Part shown: positions 1 to 14,904 of the stretch, one piece after another | How positions within the stretch are numbered: position 1 is the first letter of the stretch | How the letters are laid out: each line of letters begins with the position of its first letter | Source: Octopus sinensis | Taxonomy: Eukaryota | Reading direction: 5' to 3' | Assembly (NCBI RefSeq): GCF_006345805.1 | Contig: NC_043003.1 | Location: 74,586,001-74,650,000 of the forward strand | DNA: 64,000 nucleotides | Program-made: the position numbers and the translations under genes | The notes under the pieces: generated by a model | What the model saw: only the letters and a program-made list of their open reading frames with translations | Database searches by the model: none | What the model was told of the DNA's origin: nothing

Positions 1-10
1 GCCTAGATAC

Positions 11-206
11 ATGCAAACATCTACATACATACATACATGCATAGATGCATACATACACACACATACATACATACATACATACATACATACACACACATAT
101 ACATACATACATGAATGCATGCATACATATATACATACATACATACATACATACATACATACATACATACATACATACATACATACATACATACATACAT
201 ACATTT
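11..206. repeat. (TACA)n tetranucleotide microsatellite
   Basis: Directly visible tacatacatac... array; explains the HTYI/YIH ORFs in the track. Confidence 0.97.
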
Positions 207-239
207 ATATGTGTTTCAGTTTAAAATAATATTTTCTAT

Positions 240-368
240 TTTATGGGAAATTTTCGCAGCTACTTGGGATTTAGGTCCTAATTGCCTCAAGAAATTTCGA
301 AAGCGTTGTCAAGATATACCGTGTACACAAAAATATGCAGATGACATTCTCCGGGTTGGCACTGAATA
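240..368 (+). mobile_element. Possible Ty3/Gypsy reverse-transcriptase remnant
   Basis: One frame reads KKFRKRCQDIPCTQKYADDILRVGT, resembling the Gypsy RT core FQ..M...L.GIPGV..Y.DDILV.G. Upstream frames give YGKF and PQEI-like pieces. Short and degenerate. Confidence 0.3.
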
Positions 369-389
369 ATTTCATGCTTGATATTTCCT

Positions 390-425
<36 letters not shown>

Positions 426-551
426 AAGACATGAATTGAAAGACATGTATATAGACATAAATTATAGCTATATGGATATAGATATATTACGTGGAGGCAT
501 CTACATACATATTTATGTATGTATGCATGTTTGTGTGTGTACATATGTGTA

Positions 552-681
<130 letters not shown>

Positions 682-1111
682 ACTCTTCTTATTCTAATCT
701 TTTAGGTATTTCAGGTAGTTGACTGTGACTACGCTGGGGCAGTGCCTTAAAGGATTTTAGACGAACGAATCGAACCAGGACTTACGTTTTAAGCCTAGAA
801 CATATTCTATAACGTTATTTTGCCGAACCGCTAAGTTACATTGAGGTAAACACGCCAACACAGGTTGCCAAGCGGTGATGTGTAGGAGGTACAAGCACAG
901 GCACAACTGCACATACACATAGATAAACACACACATACACACATATGTATACGACGAGGTTTTAGTTTCCGTCTACCAAATCCATTCACTAGTATTTGGT
1001 CGGTCCAAGGCTATAATAGAAGATACTTGCCCAACGTGGCATGCTGTGAAACTGAACCTACAACCACTTGGTTGGGAAGAAAGCTTCTTACCACGCAGCT
1101 ATGCCTGCGCC
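682..1111 (-). mobile_element. tRNA-derived SINE, family A (octopod OR-type; internal CA/TA microsatellite)
   Basis: Homologous over its length to the copy at 53057-53424 (gtttcag..tttgactg.g...atgctgg, gccgaaccgctaagttac, tttccgtctaccaaatcc, ttaccac.cagc...cctgcgcc). Confidence 0.9.
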
Positions 1112-1119
1112 AATAAATA

Positions 1120-1765
1120 CAGCGTGTCCCAAAATTAAGACAACAAATATTTTTCAAATATGCCAAACCAAAGTATTGCTATATTTCGAGGCCGAGCGTT
1201 GTAATGCAATGTTAGAGGAATCACTACGACATTTATTCGATATGACCGCCTCTGTTTCGAATAACAACGTGAAGTCCAGCTGCGAATGCTTCATCTGAGG
1301 CACGCAGTTGTTCTTGCTGGACAGAAGCCCATTCTTGGCACAGTTTTGCCTTGAAAGTGTCGAACGAAGCATCAGGAGTGGACCAAACAGAAAAATTCAA
1401 TGGTTGAAGTCGGGGTTTCATGAGGGCCGTATATATCCTTGCCAATGAACGACCGAATGTTTTTTTTTCTGAATCCAGTGTTGTGTCTGTTTGGAGCAGT
1501 TGGACGGTGCCTAGTCCAGATAGAGGACCGAAGGTGTGCTTTGAAAGTGCTCATTAGCCTGTGGAATCAGTTCAGTTTCCAGAATATCGCTAATGAATCG
1601 CTGGATCTTGAAGGCACAAAAATGAGGCGAGATCTTCCAGTGGCTGCTACAGCCTCTCAAACCACTGACTGGATTTTGACGTCGATTTATGTGTCTGCCT
1701 CTGAAGGGAACGACTGGTCTTTGAGGAGGGATCCAAGATATGTATATATGTGGCTTCGTTTGATC
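1120..1765 (-). mobile_element. Tc1/mariner DNA transposon, maT/DD37D-like transposase C-terminal half with 3' TIR (degenerate)
   Basis: TA+CAGCGTGTCCCAAAATT end at 1118-1136. Minus-strand pieces RQNP.S-V-EAVAATGRSRLIFVPS, ELIPQANEHFQ..LD*APS..SKQTQHWIQKK, FIGKDI, LQPLNFSVWS and LKAKLCQEWA...GGHIE* match mariner catalytic and C-terminal motifs, with frameshifts and stops. Confidence 0.88.
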
Positions 1766-1774
1766 TAATTCGCG

Positions 1775-2960
1775 ATATTAAAAAAACACATTTCGGAGTA
1801 ATTGTGCAGTTAGTGTTTTCCCGATATGATAATTTTTTTCCCTGTCTAACGTAACAAAGTTTGCACAGCCTCACTACTGGGCCATGTACTCCATTTCATG
1901 TATTGTCGTGCGTGGTCTAGCCTGTGTGTGGATGATGTATGTTTAGGTAAAATTTGGTGTCTTTTGCTTACGAGTGGCTGCTGTTTGATATGAAGATAAG
2001 TAGATCATTGTTATATATAGAATGAAAATGTTTTGGTCCATACATAACTCGGGATAACATCAGAATGCAGGTTGTATGATTCAGAAAGAGAAATGCCAAC
2101 AGTATTGTGTAATATCATCGAGAAATACTGATCCTAGTGATGATAGACAGGTTGTATTCAGAAGCGGTTGGATTTTAAAAAAAAATTATGGGAGCTTTGC
2201 AAGCCAGATACAGTGGAAAGATTTGCTGTTGTCTGATGAGCATTATTACTTTCTTCACGCTTCTTTAAGGAAGGAGTCCTCTGATGAGAGATTTGGGGTG
2301 TAGGTCTCCGGGGTGATTTGTCTCTGTGAGAGCCGTAGTGATTGTTGCAGAAGAAAGTGAGAGAAACAGAGAGAAAGAGAGAGATAGCGAGGGAGAGAGA
2401 GAGAGCGAGATAGAGATTCCCAGTGATAGTGAAATTGTTTGTCATTAGCTGTCCCTGCTTTCTTAGAGATGTTACAAATGAGAATAATAAGGTGATAGTT
2501 GCATATTTCAGACAGGCTCTATTTCTTTCGAATGGAACACGTTGAAACTTGTGGAGAGTGAGAAACAAAAGAGTTTGGTAAATACAGCACCAAGTTGCAC
2601 TGCTCAATGTTTATGTAGACTGAAAATATCGTTGCCAAAAGTGCTAGGCTTGTTTTAAAAAGCCGAAAGCATTTCTGCATTTGACTTCTGTATCAGAGAC
2701 ATTAGGACGTGAAGAGTTATATTTGGAGGGAAATGGTCAGCTATGTGTTATGTGAAGCTATATACAAAAAAGCGGATGTATTTGGGAGTTTTTGTCGCAA
2801 GGATACATTTTAGAGAGCCATGATCGTGTAGAATAAAAAGCAAGGATTCTGCAATTCTGCAATATTGGTGGCGGTGTTTTGGCAGGTGATCAGAATGATT
2901 GACTCTCGTTTTTCAGGCCAGAAAATATAAGGCCGGTATGATGAACCAAAGTATCATCAG
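1775..2960 (-). mobile_element. Non-LTR retrotransposon RT fragment, CR1/L2-group (degenerate)
   Basis: RT motifs occur in order on the minus strand: VSDTEV..NAF, AVQLGAVFTKLFCFSLSTS (cf. AEQLAGVFT.LFNLSL), VIPSYV..TFSFYI..NDL (cf. GVPQG.VLGP.LF.LYINDL), *AKDTKFY (cf. YADDTKLY), ITPKC. Confidence 0.7.
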
Positions 2961-4815
2961 CATAACAGGTTATGTTGCGGCCGGTGTTGTGGTGGTGGAT
3001 AGACTCAAATTTGTTTTAGAGGAGAATGGGATTACCTAGGTATTAAATTACTTGTTTGCCCGAACAGCTATAGTACGAGGGCGATTGCAGTTATTTTTTT
3101 ATTTACTTAGGATATGGAATTTAATAACCACATGTTATATATATATATATATTTGTAGCAACTGTGATATGAACAGAAGGGAAAAGTTTCCATTATATTA
3201 TAATTTCCGTTCGGAGTGTAGCGGGCTAGAATTTTTCTGAAACCATGCTATCGAATATCTTTTCCCATCGCTCAGTTTTTTAGGTTCCTTTTTCATCCCA
3301 GTGGACACTAAATGAATGAAACCTACACTCAAATGAAATTTTTAAAAAATATTGCTATCACTTCTTAATTAACTGTCCCATCCACCATTCATGGTCGCAT
3401 TCCCATATATCCAAGAACAAAATCAATCTGAAACGGTAGTCATAAACATAATAAATAGTTGTAGTAAAGCCGTTGATACAGTTCATATACTGTCACTTAT
3501 TTTATCAATCACTAATGGATATTGTACAACGTTAAACGAATACTAAACTGTCAGGGTTTCAAATCTCCTCCTTTATCCACTTTATAATATTGATTATTTA
3601 ACTAAGTACAACGTGGCATAAGAAATATGTTAATGTAGGCTTAGTGATGCAGCATTTTTTTGTCTCTTTCACTTTTTGTGTTCACCCTGACTTTCGATCT
3701 GGTTTTCGATTCGAACGGTGGAGCAACGAATATATCATTTTTATAAAACGCTCTTTTGTCGCACATTTGCATCGTAAGACCAAGGGTTGAACTTTCGTTA
3801 TGACGATGAGACGCTTACAACAGATCTCATCTCATAGCAGGCGGTTTTGCGTTTATTACTCCGAGGGATGTGTATCACCACTGCAATGTGTACGCCATGA
3901 AAGACAAGTACAATCAAAAGTAATGCTGATACACCTGAAAAGAGGTAGGTGTATGGCTATAAAAAACCTAAATGAGAAAGAAGTTTCAGAGAAGAGTTTT
4001 GATGCAGGAGGAGAATTTGGGGTTTAAAATCTACGGGAGACACTTGGGGAAAGTAGGAGATAGAAACAGACAGAGAAGAAAAGAAAGCGAAAGAGAGAGT
4101 AAGAGGAAGTGGGCTAGCATAACTGTGGATCAGATATTGAAGTGTATTTCTCAATCATTCAAAGGAATTTCATTTGCTTGTAACCTGGTAGTTCAAAATC
4201 TATCCAATGTATATTTTATACTTACAACACTCATCTCACTTCCCACCCGGCTATTAAAGCCCACTGTGTCACGCTTATAACATCAGTAAGGTGAAATACA
4301 TGGTACATAACATTTATAATATAAACAAGGGTTATTTTGCCTTCGATCCTATCTCTGTATCCTCACCTCAAATACCTCGGTTACTTCATTCATAGTCAAT
4401 GTCCAAGAATATAGAAATTCTGTATTGAAATGACCTGAGAATGTCATGACAAATGTCACTGTATATTTATGGTATACCTTTACAACAGTCCACATTTATT
4501 TCCAAAAGAAAACAGAAATAAAAATCATTCACAAATTACAGACATACCGATTTGTATACGTACATCTGTTTTTCATAAAACGTCTCCAACATCTATCGTA
4601 TCGCTTCTTATTAGCCCACTATAGAAACAGCATTTAAGAAGTAACGATCAACTTGTCATTAAAAATAAAAAAAGCGTTTCATTTTATTTTCTGAAGTACA
4701 TAGTCTTCATGAAAAGTCATTGGGATGGGCAGCATTGGAATGACGTTGAAACCAGGATTTAAGCACAAAATCATATGCACTGAATCATATGCATGTCATT
4801 TCAACTGCTCACTAG

Positions 4816-4901
4816 ATGCCAAATAGAATCAATCATCTTAGTCAGGCGTGGGCTATATTTTTTCGCGAACCTAACTATGTCAGCTTTGACTCGTCATTTA
4901 G
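4816..4901 (+). CDS. Candidate coding exon (unassigned)
   Basis: ctcactag|ATG...TTTAG|gtgagt. Two open frames: MPNRINHLSQAWAIFFREPNYVSFDSSF or CQIESIILVRRGLYFFANLTMSALTRHL. No family recognised. Confidence 0.22.
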
Positions 4902-5580
4902 GTGAGTACTACTCCTCAAAGAATTGATGAAAATTTTTAGTTCGTCGAACAATTAAGTAAGTCCCGCGGACAAAAATGTATCGATGACTGTTCTAGGTGG
5001 TCTCGCCATCTACAAGAATAAGAACGAAATGTCAGGAAAATTAAAATTTAGCTTATTGAAACAGGATAACGTCGGATTAGTTTTTCTATATATGAGTAAT
5101 ATGGGATTGTAACGGCTGGGATGATTTCGATCAAGTCTGAACTGAGATTACTCTACCAAAATAACATCAACACTACTGTACAGGATCTCATATCAGCAAT
5201 CTTGGTCTGCCGGGCAACATAAGACACATTTCAGAAGAATGTACACTTACACACAATAACATATTCGCATACACAATTCAGTACACGTACACATATAGAG
5301 CTGAAACCCACACATATACAATAAAATACGTATTCGCATACACAATATAATACACAAACGTACAAACCAACAGACAGCGTACAAGAAGCCATAAACCAGA
5401 ATGTTATGATACCAATATGATATCGATAACTTACGACTCAGGATAACATTCTTAGGCATTGATTCATATTCATACGTAAATACATACTTAGTAGTGTGTA
5501 TACATGTATACATACACACACACAAATACGCACGCGCATACACACACACACACACACACACACATATTTATATATACTTT

Positions 5581-5966
5581 CATTGTCTTACCTGTTTCAG
5601 TCACTTGACTGCGGCCATGCTGGAGTACCAGCTCGAAGGGGTTTTTTGTGGAAAATATCGACCGCATGACATTTTTTAAGTGTTCTACTTATTTCCCGCT
5701 CTCTTATGCCGAACCGCTAACTTATATGCACCAACACCGGCTGTCAAGCTGCGATGGGGTACAAACAGACACAGACAAAAACATGCACATGCACACACAC
5801 ATATACGACGGGCTTCTTTCAGTTTCCAACACAAATCCACTCACAAGGCTTTGGTCATTCCAAGGCTATAGTAGAAGAGACTTGCCCAACGTGTCACGCA
5901 GTGGGACTCAACCTAGAATCGTTTGATTGGAAAGGAAGCTTTTTACCACACAACCACGCGTGCACC
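5581..5966 (-). mobile_element. SINE family A copy
   Basis: Same tail (tgtttcagtcacttgactgcggccatgctggag), body (gccgaaccgctaac) and head (aaatccactcacaaggc...ttaccacacaacc) as 53057-53424. Confidence 0.92.
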
Positions 5967-6512
5967 TGTTTATGAGTATATATCTATGTATATACATATG
6001 TGTGAGTGTATGTGTATGAGTATGTTTGTTTGTGTGCGTGTGTCTATACATACACAAACATACATGTATAATCATAAACATTAAGAGAAGAGAGAAAGAT
6101 AGAGAGAGAAAGAAAGAGAGGTAAAGAAAGAACGAGAGAGAGTAATACTTTCAAACATTGCAAACCGCAGCTTGTTACACTGTATATAGTTAATCACACA
6201 TAACTCATTGTTTACACAATGAAGCAACGTACTGCTTTTGGGGACTAAATCAAAATTTACATACTTAACGTACGTGCCTACATACCTACAAGCGTATACA
6301 TGTACATACTTGTATAGACACAGAGAAATACATACACACATACGCACGCACACACGCAGGCACACACATAAACACACACACACATACACACGCACAAACA
6401 CACACACACACACACTCAGGGACATGAATGTTGATAAATAAACAAACACTGATATATATGAATGGTGTACGTAATGAATTCTACTCTATGCTCACCAGGT
6501 ATTGAGACTTAC

Positions 6513-6566
6513 TCTGAAGAGCCATCTTATCTGCACGTGTATAATTTTGTATATGTATAGATGTTC
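6513..6566 (-). CDS. Candidate 54-nt exon (unassigned)
   Basis: Minus strand cttcttctcacag|GAACATC...CTTCAGA|gtaagt; frame-preserving. Reads TSIHIQNYTRADKMALQ (phase 1) or EHLYIYKIIHVQIRWLFR (phase 0). Confidence 0.28.
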
Positions 6567-6769
6567 CTGTGAGAAGAAGATTCTCACTGTGAGTGTGCGT
6601 GTGTGTGTGTGAAAATGTGAATGTGTGAGTGTGTGAGTATCTCTGAGTGTGTATGTGCGTTCTTGCATCTGTGTATCGGTAGTTCCCATCATAAGCTGTC
6701 CATAGAAATCGTAAAGATTTCAAACCCATCTCATGGTATATTTCCTATCATTGGTGCCGGATGATGCTT

Positions 6770-6963
6770 TTATTCTATTAACTGTTTCAGTTATTAGACT
6801 GCAGCCGTGCTGGGGTTACAGTCTTGAAGATTTATTTCAACAAATCACCCAGGTACAACCTTATATACTTACAACCATTTATACGTACATACATGCATAC
6901 ATACATACATACATACATACATACATGCACACGTATGTATGTATATATGTATATATATATCTA

Positions 6964-7033
<70 letters not shown>

Positions 7034-7064
7034 CTCTCTCTATCTTTCTCTCTCGCTCTCTCTC

Positions 7065-7124
<60 letters not shown>

Positions 7125-7269
7125 GATATCTGCTTTCTTTCATTTCCCGTCTACGAAATCCATGATTGTTTGGTCAGGCCCGGGGCAATAGAGAACAATT
7201 GCGCAAGGACTGATCCTGGCCCCATGTGCTTAGGAAGCAAACTTCTCACCACACAGTCATCCTTGCGTC
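6770..7269 (-). mobile_element. SINE family A copy with greatly expanded internal microsatellite
   Basis: Family A tail at 6770-6860 (tgtttcagttattagactgcagccgtgctgg) and head at 7125-7269 (tttcccgtctacgaaatcc...accacacagtcatccttgcgtc) flank about 250 bp of (TACA)(TCTA)(TC)(TA). Confidence 0.85.
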
Positions 7270-7517
7270 AGCTGAGATTACTTTGGCTCACATTTCGTCA
7301 TATCTCCATGCGATTATGTAAGTGGACTATGGATAGTATTTGTCGGAATGTACTTTCAGACTCTAGTATTAGTGTTAATAACTTATAAGACTGCACTCAT
7401 CGCAACATTCCACAAGTTGCTTCCTACGTAGTTTGCATTTCAGATCACTAATGTATATACACATATATGTATGTATGTGTGCATGTATGCATGCAGACAT
7501 GCATGTATGTATCAATT

Positions 7518-7627
<110 letters not shown>

Positions 7628-7654
7628 TGTGAGTGAGCGTGTATCTGTGTGTGT

Positions 7655-7693
<39 letters not shown>

Positions 7694-7814
7694 CATACAT
7701 ACATACATACATACAAACGCACACACACACACACAGACACACACACGCACACACACACACACATACAGATATATGTATGTATGTATGTTTACTTTATTAT
7801 TATTAAAGCACAGC

Positions 7815-7971
7815 TGCAAAAACATCACCGAAGTTTTACAAAAAACTGCGACTCAGAGTTTCGCGTGCCAGTTCGACGGACAGTTTACTTTGAGAATCTA
7901 AACTGTCCGACGAACCGGAACGTGAAACTCTGAGTAGTAGTTTTCTGTGATACCTTTGTGATGTTTTTGCA
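7815..7971. repeat. Long imperfect palindrome (73-bp arms, 11-nt loop); MITE-like foldback
   Basis: Left arm TGCAAAAACATCACCGAAG...CAGAGTTTCGCGTGCCAGTTCGACGGACAGTTTA; reverse complement of right arm TGCAAAAACATCACAAAGG...CAGAGTTTCACGTTCCGGTTCGTCGGACAGTTTA. Confidence 0.92.
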
Positions 7972-8058
7972 GTTTTGATAATTTAAAGCGTTTTAATCTA
8001 CCTCCGGTATTCAATTTTTTTTTTCTCACATTGTTTCACATTTATGTGCTTCCTTAGG

Positions 8059-8089
<31 letters not shown>

Positions 8090-8114
8090 TTGTGTGTATG
8101 TATGCGTGTGTGAA

Positions 8115-9242
<1,128 letters not shown>

Positions 9243-9889
9243 CTTATGTTTATGCATGATATGTATTGAAGTATATACGTATTTATACGCATTAAATTTT
9301 AGAAATACGAGGTATATGCAATAAATTACTTTAATAATGAACCTCGAAGTAGCTAAGACTATAAATAATAGCCTGTATAATTTTGGGTTAAGAAAAAGAT
9401 TTCAGTGGAATTATAGGATGTGTATAGAACACGAATCCACATCTGTTACCATAACAGGCAATTAGCCATTATACCAAGTACACCCTTCGGAATTTCCACA
9501 CCTCTTATTGAAGGAAGCATCGATCTTACTAGTAAGAACTGGAAAATATTTTTTACATTGTAAGAATTTTATCATGTGAAGAATATTGGGTTAGCAAATA
9601 CCAAAGATGGTAAGAAGTCGAAGACTTTTACCTCAAAATATGATAGGAATAATTATACACCAATGCGTATGTATTCAAATAACAGGCGTCTCTAAAACAA
9701 TACATATTGCATATTAGATGTATACACACAACTTATGCTATATCAACCAAACGAAAAATATTTAAAGACTTGCATGCGGGCGCATCAATATCAACAATCA
9801 TTCACACACAAACACACACACACATATACACACACACTCATACACATACACGCGTGTACACGCACATGCATAAATGATTATGGATCTTA

Positions 9890-10090
9890 TATCTTTTGTC
9901 TTTTCCTAGTTAATACATTAGACCGTGGCCATGCTGGGATCACTGCCACGAACAATCTATAGACGAATTAATCGCCTCCAGTATATACTAATTAAGCCTC
10001 GTATATATTCTATCGGTTTTTTTGCCGAACCCTCAAATTACGGAGACGTAAATACACCAGCACCGGATGTCAAGCGGTGGTGGCAGAGAA
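9890..10090 (-). mobile_element. SINE family A, 3' part
   Basis: gaccgtggccatgctggg, tttgccgaacc.tcaaattacggagacgtaaatacaccagcaccgg.tgtcaagcg match the family A body and tail. Confidence 0.85.
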
Positions 10091-10149
10091 ACATGGTTAC
10101 GTATATGAGTGTATTTGTGTGTATCTGTGTGTGTGAGCTGGATGAAAGG

Positions 10150-10390
10150 TAATTCCAGAGCTATACACACTTAAGTGTAGTTTCCCAGTTTCTGTGACGT
10201 ATATTGCTCCCCACTTCCACGGACGGGACAGTCACCTGGCACTGCCTTACACACTTTTGCTAGTTGAGTGTATTGGAACAAAGTGGAAGGCGTGATTTGC
10301 TCCAGAACAAAACACATCACATGTCCTGGAATGTAAACCATAACCTTACGCTCATGACTGCGAAGACCTAACCACTAATCCACGCTCGCA
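10150..10390 (-). mobile_element. SINE family C copy
   Basis: Reverse complement reads gagcgtggattagtggttagg...ttctggagcaaatcac...cactcaactagcaaaag, matching the head and core of 8115-8430. Confidence 0.7.
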
Positions 10391-11369
10391 CCAGAACTCA
10401 TACACCCGCAAACACGCTCGTACACACACACATACACACACATGAATACGTACTTACTTATGTATAAACGCTCGCGCACGCTCGCACCATTCTTTACCAC
10501 GTGTGTGTCAAAAGCTGGAAACTACAAAAAGCGTTTAACACAGTATGAACATTTCTTTCGAAAGGTTTGTGTCATTTTTGTCATTCATTTCTCAAATAAC
10601 TTACGAGGTAAATAACAATTTGTGATTGCTTCAATCGGCAAATATTTATGTGTATCTTATTTGCTCACCTGACACAATCCCCGATAGCCAGTAAGGTGGA
10701 TGTAAGTGCTACCCTTAACGTATTGCAATGAATACACAGTGTCTCTCTGACGGTATTGTACTACAGCTAACACTTACAGTCAGTGCACGCACCGTGCTTG
10801 TTCGACAGAGAGACACGTTAGAAAATTATCTTAATCTGCCTAATATTACACTCTTTTATCTTATGAGGGAAACCTCTGAAAAGTAAAGAGATATATGACG
10901 GAGAGGGAGTGGGAGAGAGAGGAAGGAGAGAGAGAGAAAGGTAGAAGGAGAGAGGAAGGCGAGAGAGAAAGGTAGAAGAAGGAGAGAGAGAAAATAGACT
11001 TCAGAGAAAGAAAGTGGGAGAGAGAGAGAGAGAGAGGGGGAAAGAGAGAGACGGTGGTTACAGTGGTAATGAAAATGACTGTTAGTCCACCTGATTAAGG
11101 TTGAGAAGAGAAAAAAGGGAAGACGAGAGGAGGCGGAACCCATTCTTTCAGCAACGCAAATTATGCTTCTTTTTCTCATTTTTTTTACTTTGGTATTTTT
11201 TCTCACTAATAATTACGTTCACCACTAAATTCTATATCATTGATTCATAAACAGAAAAAAATATATTTACGCATATATCTGTCTATCTGTCTATCTGTCT
11301 ATCTATCTATTTATCTAACTATCTATCTACACACAAACACATACACGGACACGCACACACATATAGAGC

Positions 11370-11445
11370 GTCAAACTAATACACCTGCTTGTTTTTTATA
11401 CACCTCTCTTCGTCTCCTGTTTCTCTGTAAATTTCAACTATATAT
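11370..11445 (+). mobile_element. Isolated 3'-end fragment of the Penelope-like family at 46795-48890
   Basis: gagcgtcaaactaatacacctgcttgtt...ctcttcgtctcctgtttctctgtaaatttc aligns with 48806-48875. Confidence 0.7.
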
Positions 11446-11514
11446 GTACATACGTATATATATCTATATATAAACACAGACACACCCACGCAGACATATG
11501 CATACACACACACA

Positions 11515-11554
<40 letters not shown>

Positions 11555-12252
11555 ACATATATATATATATATATACATATGTTTGTGTGTGCGCGTGTAA
11601 ATAGTATAAATACATATATATGCATTTATATATGTATATTTGTATGTATGAATATATGTGTGTATATTTATGTGTGTGTGAGTGCGTGTAGTCTATTCAT
11701 ATTTATATATATATATACACATATTTCCACTTTCATACTTCCGCACTATAGAATTACTTGAGTCCAATAGAGCTTGTTCTGTCATCTTGTATACAGTGTA
11801 CAATGCCTGGTAGCGTCAGTAAGCATATACATACGTATAGTTTTATTCTCAGAAATGTCATGCGTGTACACAAAAAACGTCTATCTGTACATTTATCCTC
11901 CATTTATCTTTCTTTCTGTATCTGTCTGTCTATACATCTAGCGACGCATCAATCTATCTATCTAACCCATATATCTATATATCGATTTACCTTCCTATTG
12001 ATCTAGCAGTCTATCGATCTATCTATCCATCTATTTATCTATCTACGCGTACTGACACTACTATTTTACACACGCAAATATCTACAACAAGAACACGTCC
12101 AGCACTTAATTCTCTCAACAGCGCAGCCTATGATGATTTGATAGCTACTGTATACACATGGCTGAGAGGGTTATATATACAAATTAATAATAGTAATCAC
12201 AGACGGGGACACACACACACATACATACACGCACATAGACACAAACATACAA

Positions 12253-12283
<31 letters not shown>

Positions 12284-12917
12284 GTTGTAAAGCTATGTAT
12301 ATATATATGTATGTATACACGCATACACACGTACACACTCACGCACATGTATAGTTAACAGTCACCTGTAAAGAACCATTCATAAGACCAGCAGCTTTTA
12401 CTATCAGCAGCGGCGCAACCACTGCCACCCACCTCCGCTATCACCACCCATCACCGCCACTTCCACCCACCTCCACTATCATCACCCATCACCGCCACTA
12501 CCACCCACACCCACCACCAGAACCACCATCACTAACGCCACCACCGCTACCATCAACAATACAATATATGATGTTCTGATAGCAACGGTACATACATCTC
12601 ACGGCAGACATGGTAACTGATTCGTCCGCTATTTCTTCAGTTTCTTCCTTCACTTTAACCTATCATCAATCTGTACAGCTATCGATCTATAGATTCAACA
12701 GTTTATTCCAATAAATCTAACAAACCATACTATTCTTACATCATTTAACCGGAGCGTCCTACTTTTTTTTGTCCTACATTCATACTTTCTTGATGTTGAT
12801 ATTTCACAATTGTTTCGGGGAAAATTTTCTGTTTCGTTCATACTTGTCAATTGCTGTAGTAGTTGTTGGTGATAATATTTATAATTTTGAAATGGCTCAT
12901 AGATCTCTCTCACTCCT

Positions 12918-12966
<49 letters not shown>

Positions 12967-13305
12967 CTCTCACTCTTTCTTATTCTCTCTCTCTCTCTCG
13001 CTTTCTCCCCCTCACTCACACACTCTCTCCATCATTCTCAACACACCTTACGGACGAAAACATATAAGTACGCATGCATGTACGTATGAATATATATGTA
13101 TATATGAATGGAGATAGGTAGGATTTGGGTTAGTAGGTAGAGAGGTAGGTAGGAAGGTAAGATGTATGTGTGGATATATAAAGATATATATTTTATCTGC
13201 TATAACGGCTTTAATCACACATACTGCTATTACAATTCTTTCAGATATCGTTGTTTATGAAATATTTTCCAATATTTTAATTTCCGGTCACTCTGTTCTT
13301 TAAGC

Positions 13306-13342
<37 letters not shown>

Positions 13343-13539
13343 ATATGTCTGTGTATAATTATATATATACTCATAAACAGACACACAGACACACACACAT
13401 GGGCGCGCGTGCACGCACATAACGAGTGAATGAGAGAATTATAGAGAGAGTGGCACTGACAGATAGATAGGTATGATATACATAGACATGTTGAGGAACG
13501 CGTGCACTCATACAGATATACAAAAGTATATATATATAC

Positions 13540-13599
<60 letters not shown>

Positions 13600-13699
13600 T
13601 ATAGATATATATATATATAAATCTTATCGGATATGAATACAGGAGAAGTAGAAATCAAAACACGAGTATATATTCGTTGCTGTTAAATTGATTGCAGGT

Positions 13700-13815
13700 T
13701 TTGGCACAAAGATAGCAATATGGGGAAGTCGATTACGTCGACCTCAGTATGCAACAGGTATTTATTTATTGTAACAGAATGTTACCAATAATGAAATGAG
13801 GTCGAAGAGTGCCTT
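13700..13815 (-). mobile_element. SINE family B, 3' fragment
   Basis: ttttggcacaaagatagcaat...gtcgattacgtcgacctcagtatgcaac.ggtatttattt matches the family B tail (cf. 39805-39890). Confidence 0.75.
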
Positions 13816-14079
13816 TTATGGTACTTATGAATCGCACTTATAATCTGGGAGACTGTTTCTTACATTGAGTGAATTACAACATGTTATGTTTTAGGAAGGT
13901 TAGATAGAATATATAAGAGTGTCACGTGAAAAACGAGAAATATTTTAACAAGTATCTCCTGAAATTTAGCAGATTTTAAAATGCAATAAAAAAATGCTTA
14001 CACATATATTTCTACATTTACACACGCAAATATATCAACACACGAACACGAACACACACACACGCATATATACATATAC

Positions 14080-14170
<91 letters not shown>

Positions 14171-14904
14171 GCATACATACATACATACATACATACATAC
14201 ATACATACATGTATACATATAATCATACATGCTTACATACATACATCCACAAACTCACGCATATATATAGAGAAGACTATATATAACTTAACATTCTGGT
14301 TTACATAAGCGTCAATTTCTAACAGGAAAGTAATCACATGGCAAAATATAAAAATACGTTCAAGTTATATGAATAGAAATACGATTATATATGAACACAC
14401 ACGGGCATCAATGTAAATAAAGAAAAAAAATTACTATATTAATTTGACTGTACATATTTAACTGTTTCTCTCTGTCTGTCTCACTCGTTCTCTGTTTCTT
14501 GATATATACATGCTCGAAATACGAGAGTAGAAAAACAGTCAACAACTGATGAAGAGTCATTTTAAATGTTGTATGTCTTGTTTTTTATTTGTTTCTTTCG
14601 TTGTTCGAAAAACAGTTCATATTCCATGTACTCGTACTTCGCATTTTTTCTTCTACACGTTTCGTACATCCTGTGCCCTCATGTGCACACACACACATAT
14701 ATACGTATAGGTGTAACTATGTACATATATATATAATATATATATATCTTCCTTGCTGTTTGTCTGTCTGTCTACCTATCGGTCTGTTTGTATGTCTATC
14801 TGTCTAGTGGCCTGATTACTCGTCTGTCTCTCTGCCTGTCCCTGTACAGATTATATGCAAACACGCACATACACACATCTGTGTGTGTGTATCGTTGATT
14901 CAAT

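Noticed and set aside
3800-4027. 75-aa ORF with donor AAGAG|gtaggt as a first coding exon
   Set aside because: No recognisable motif or signal peptide, and the splice and start context is no better than chance.
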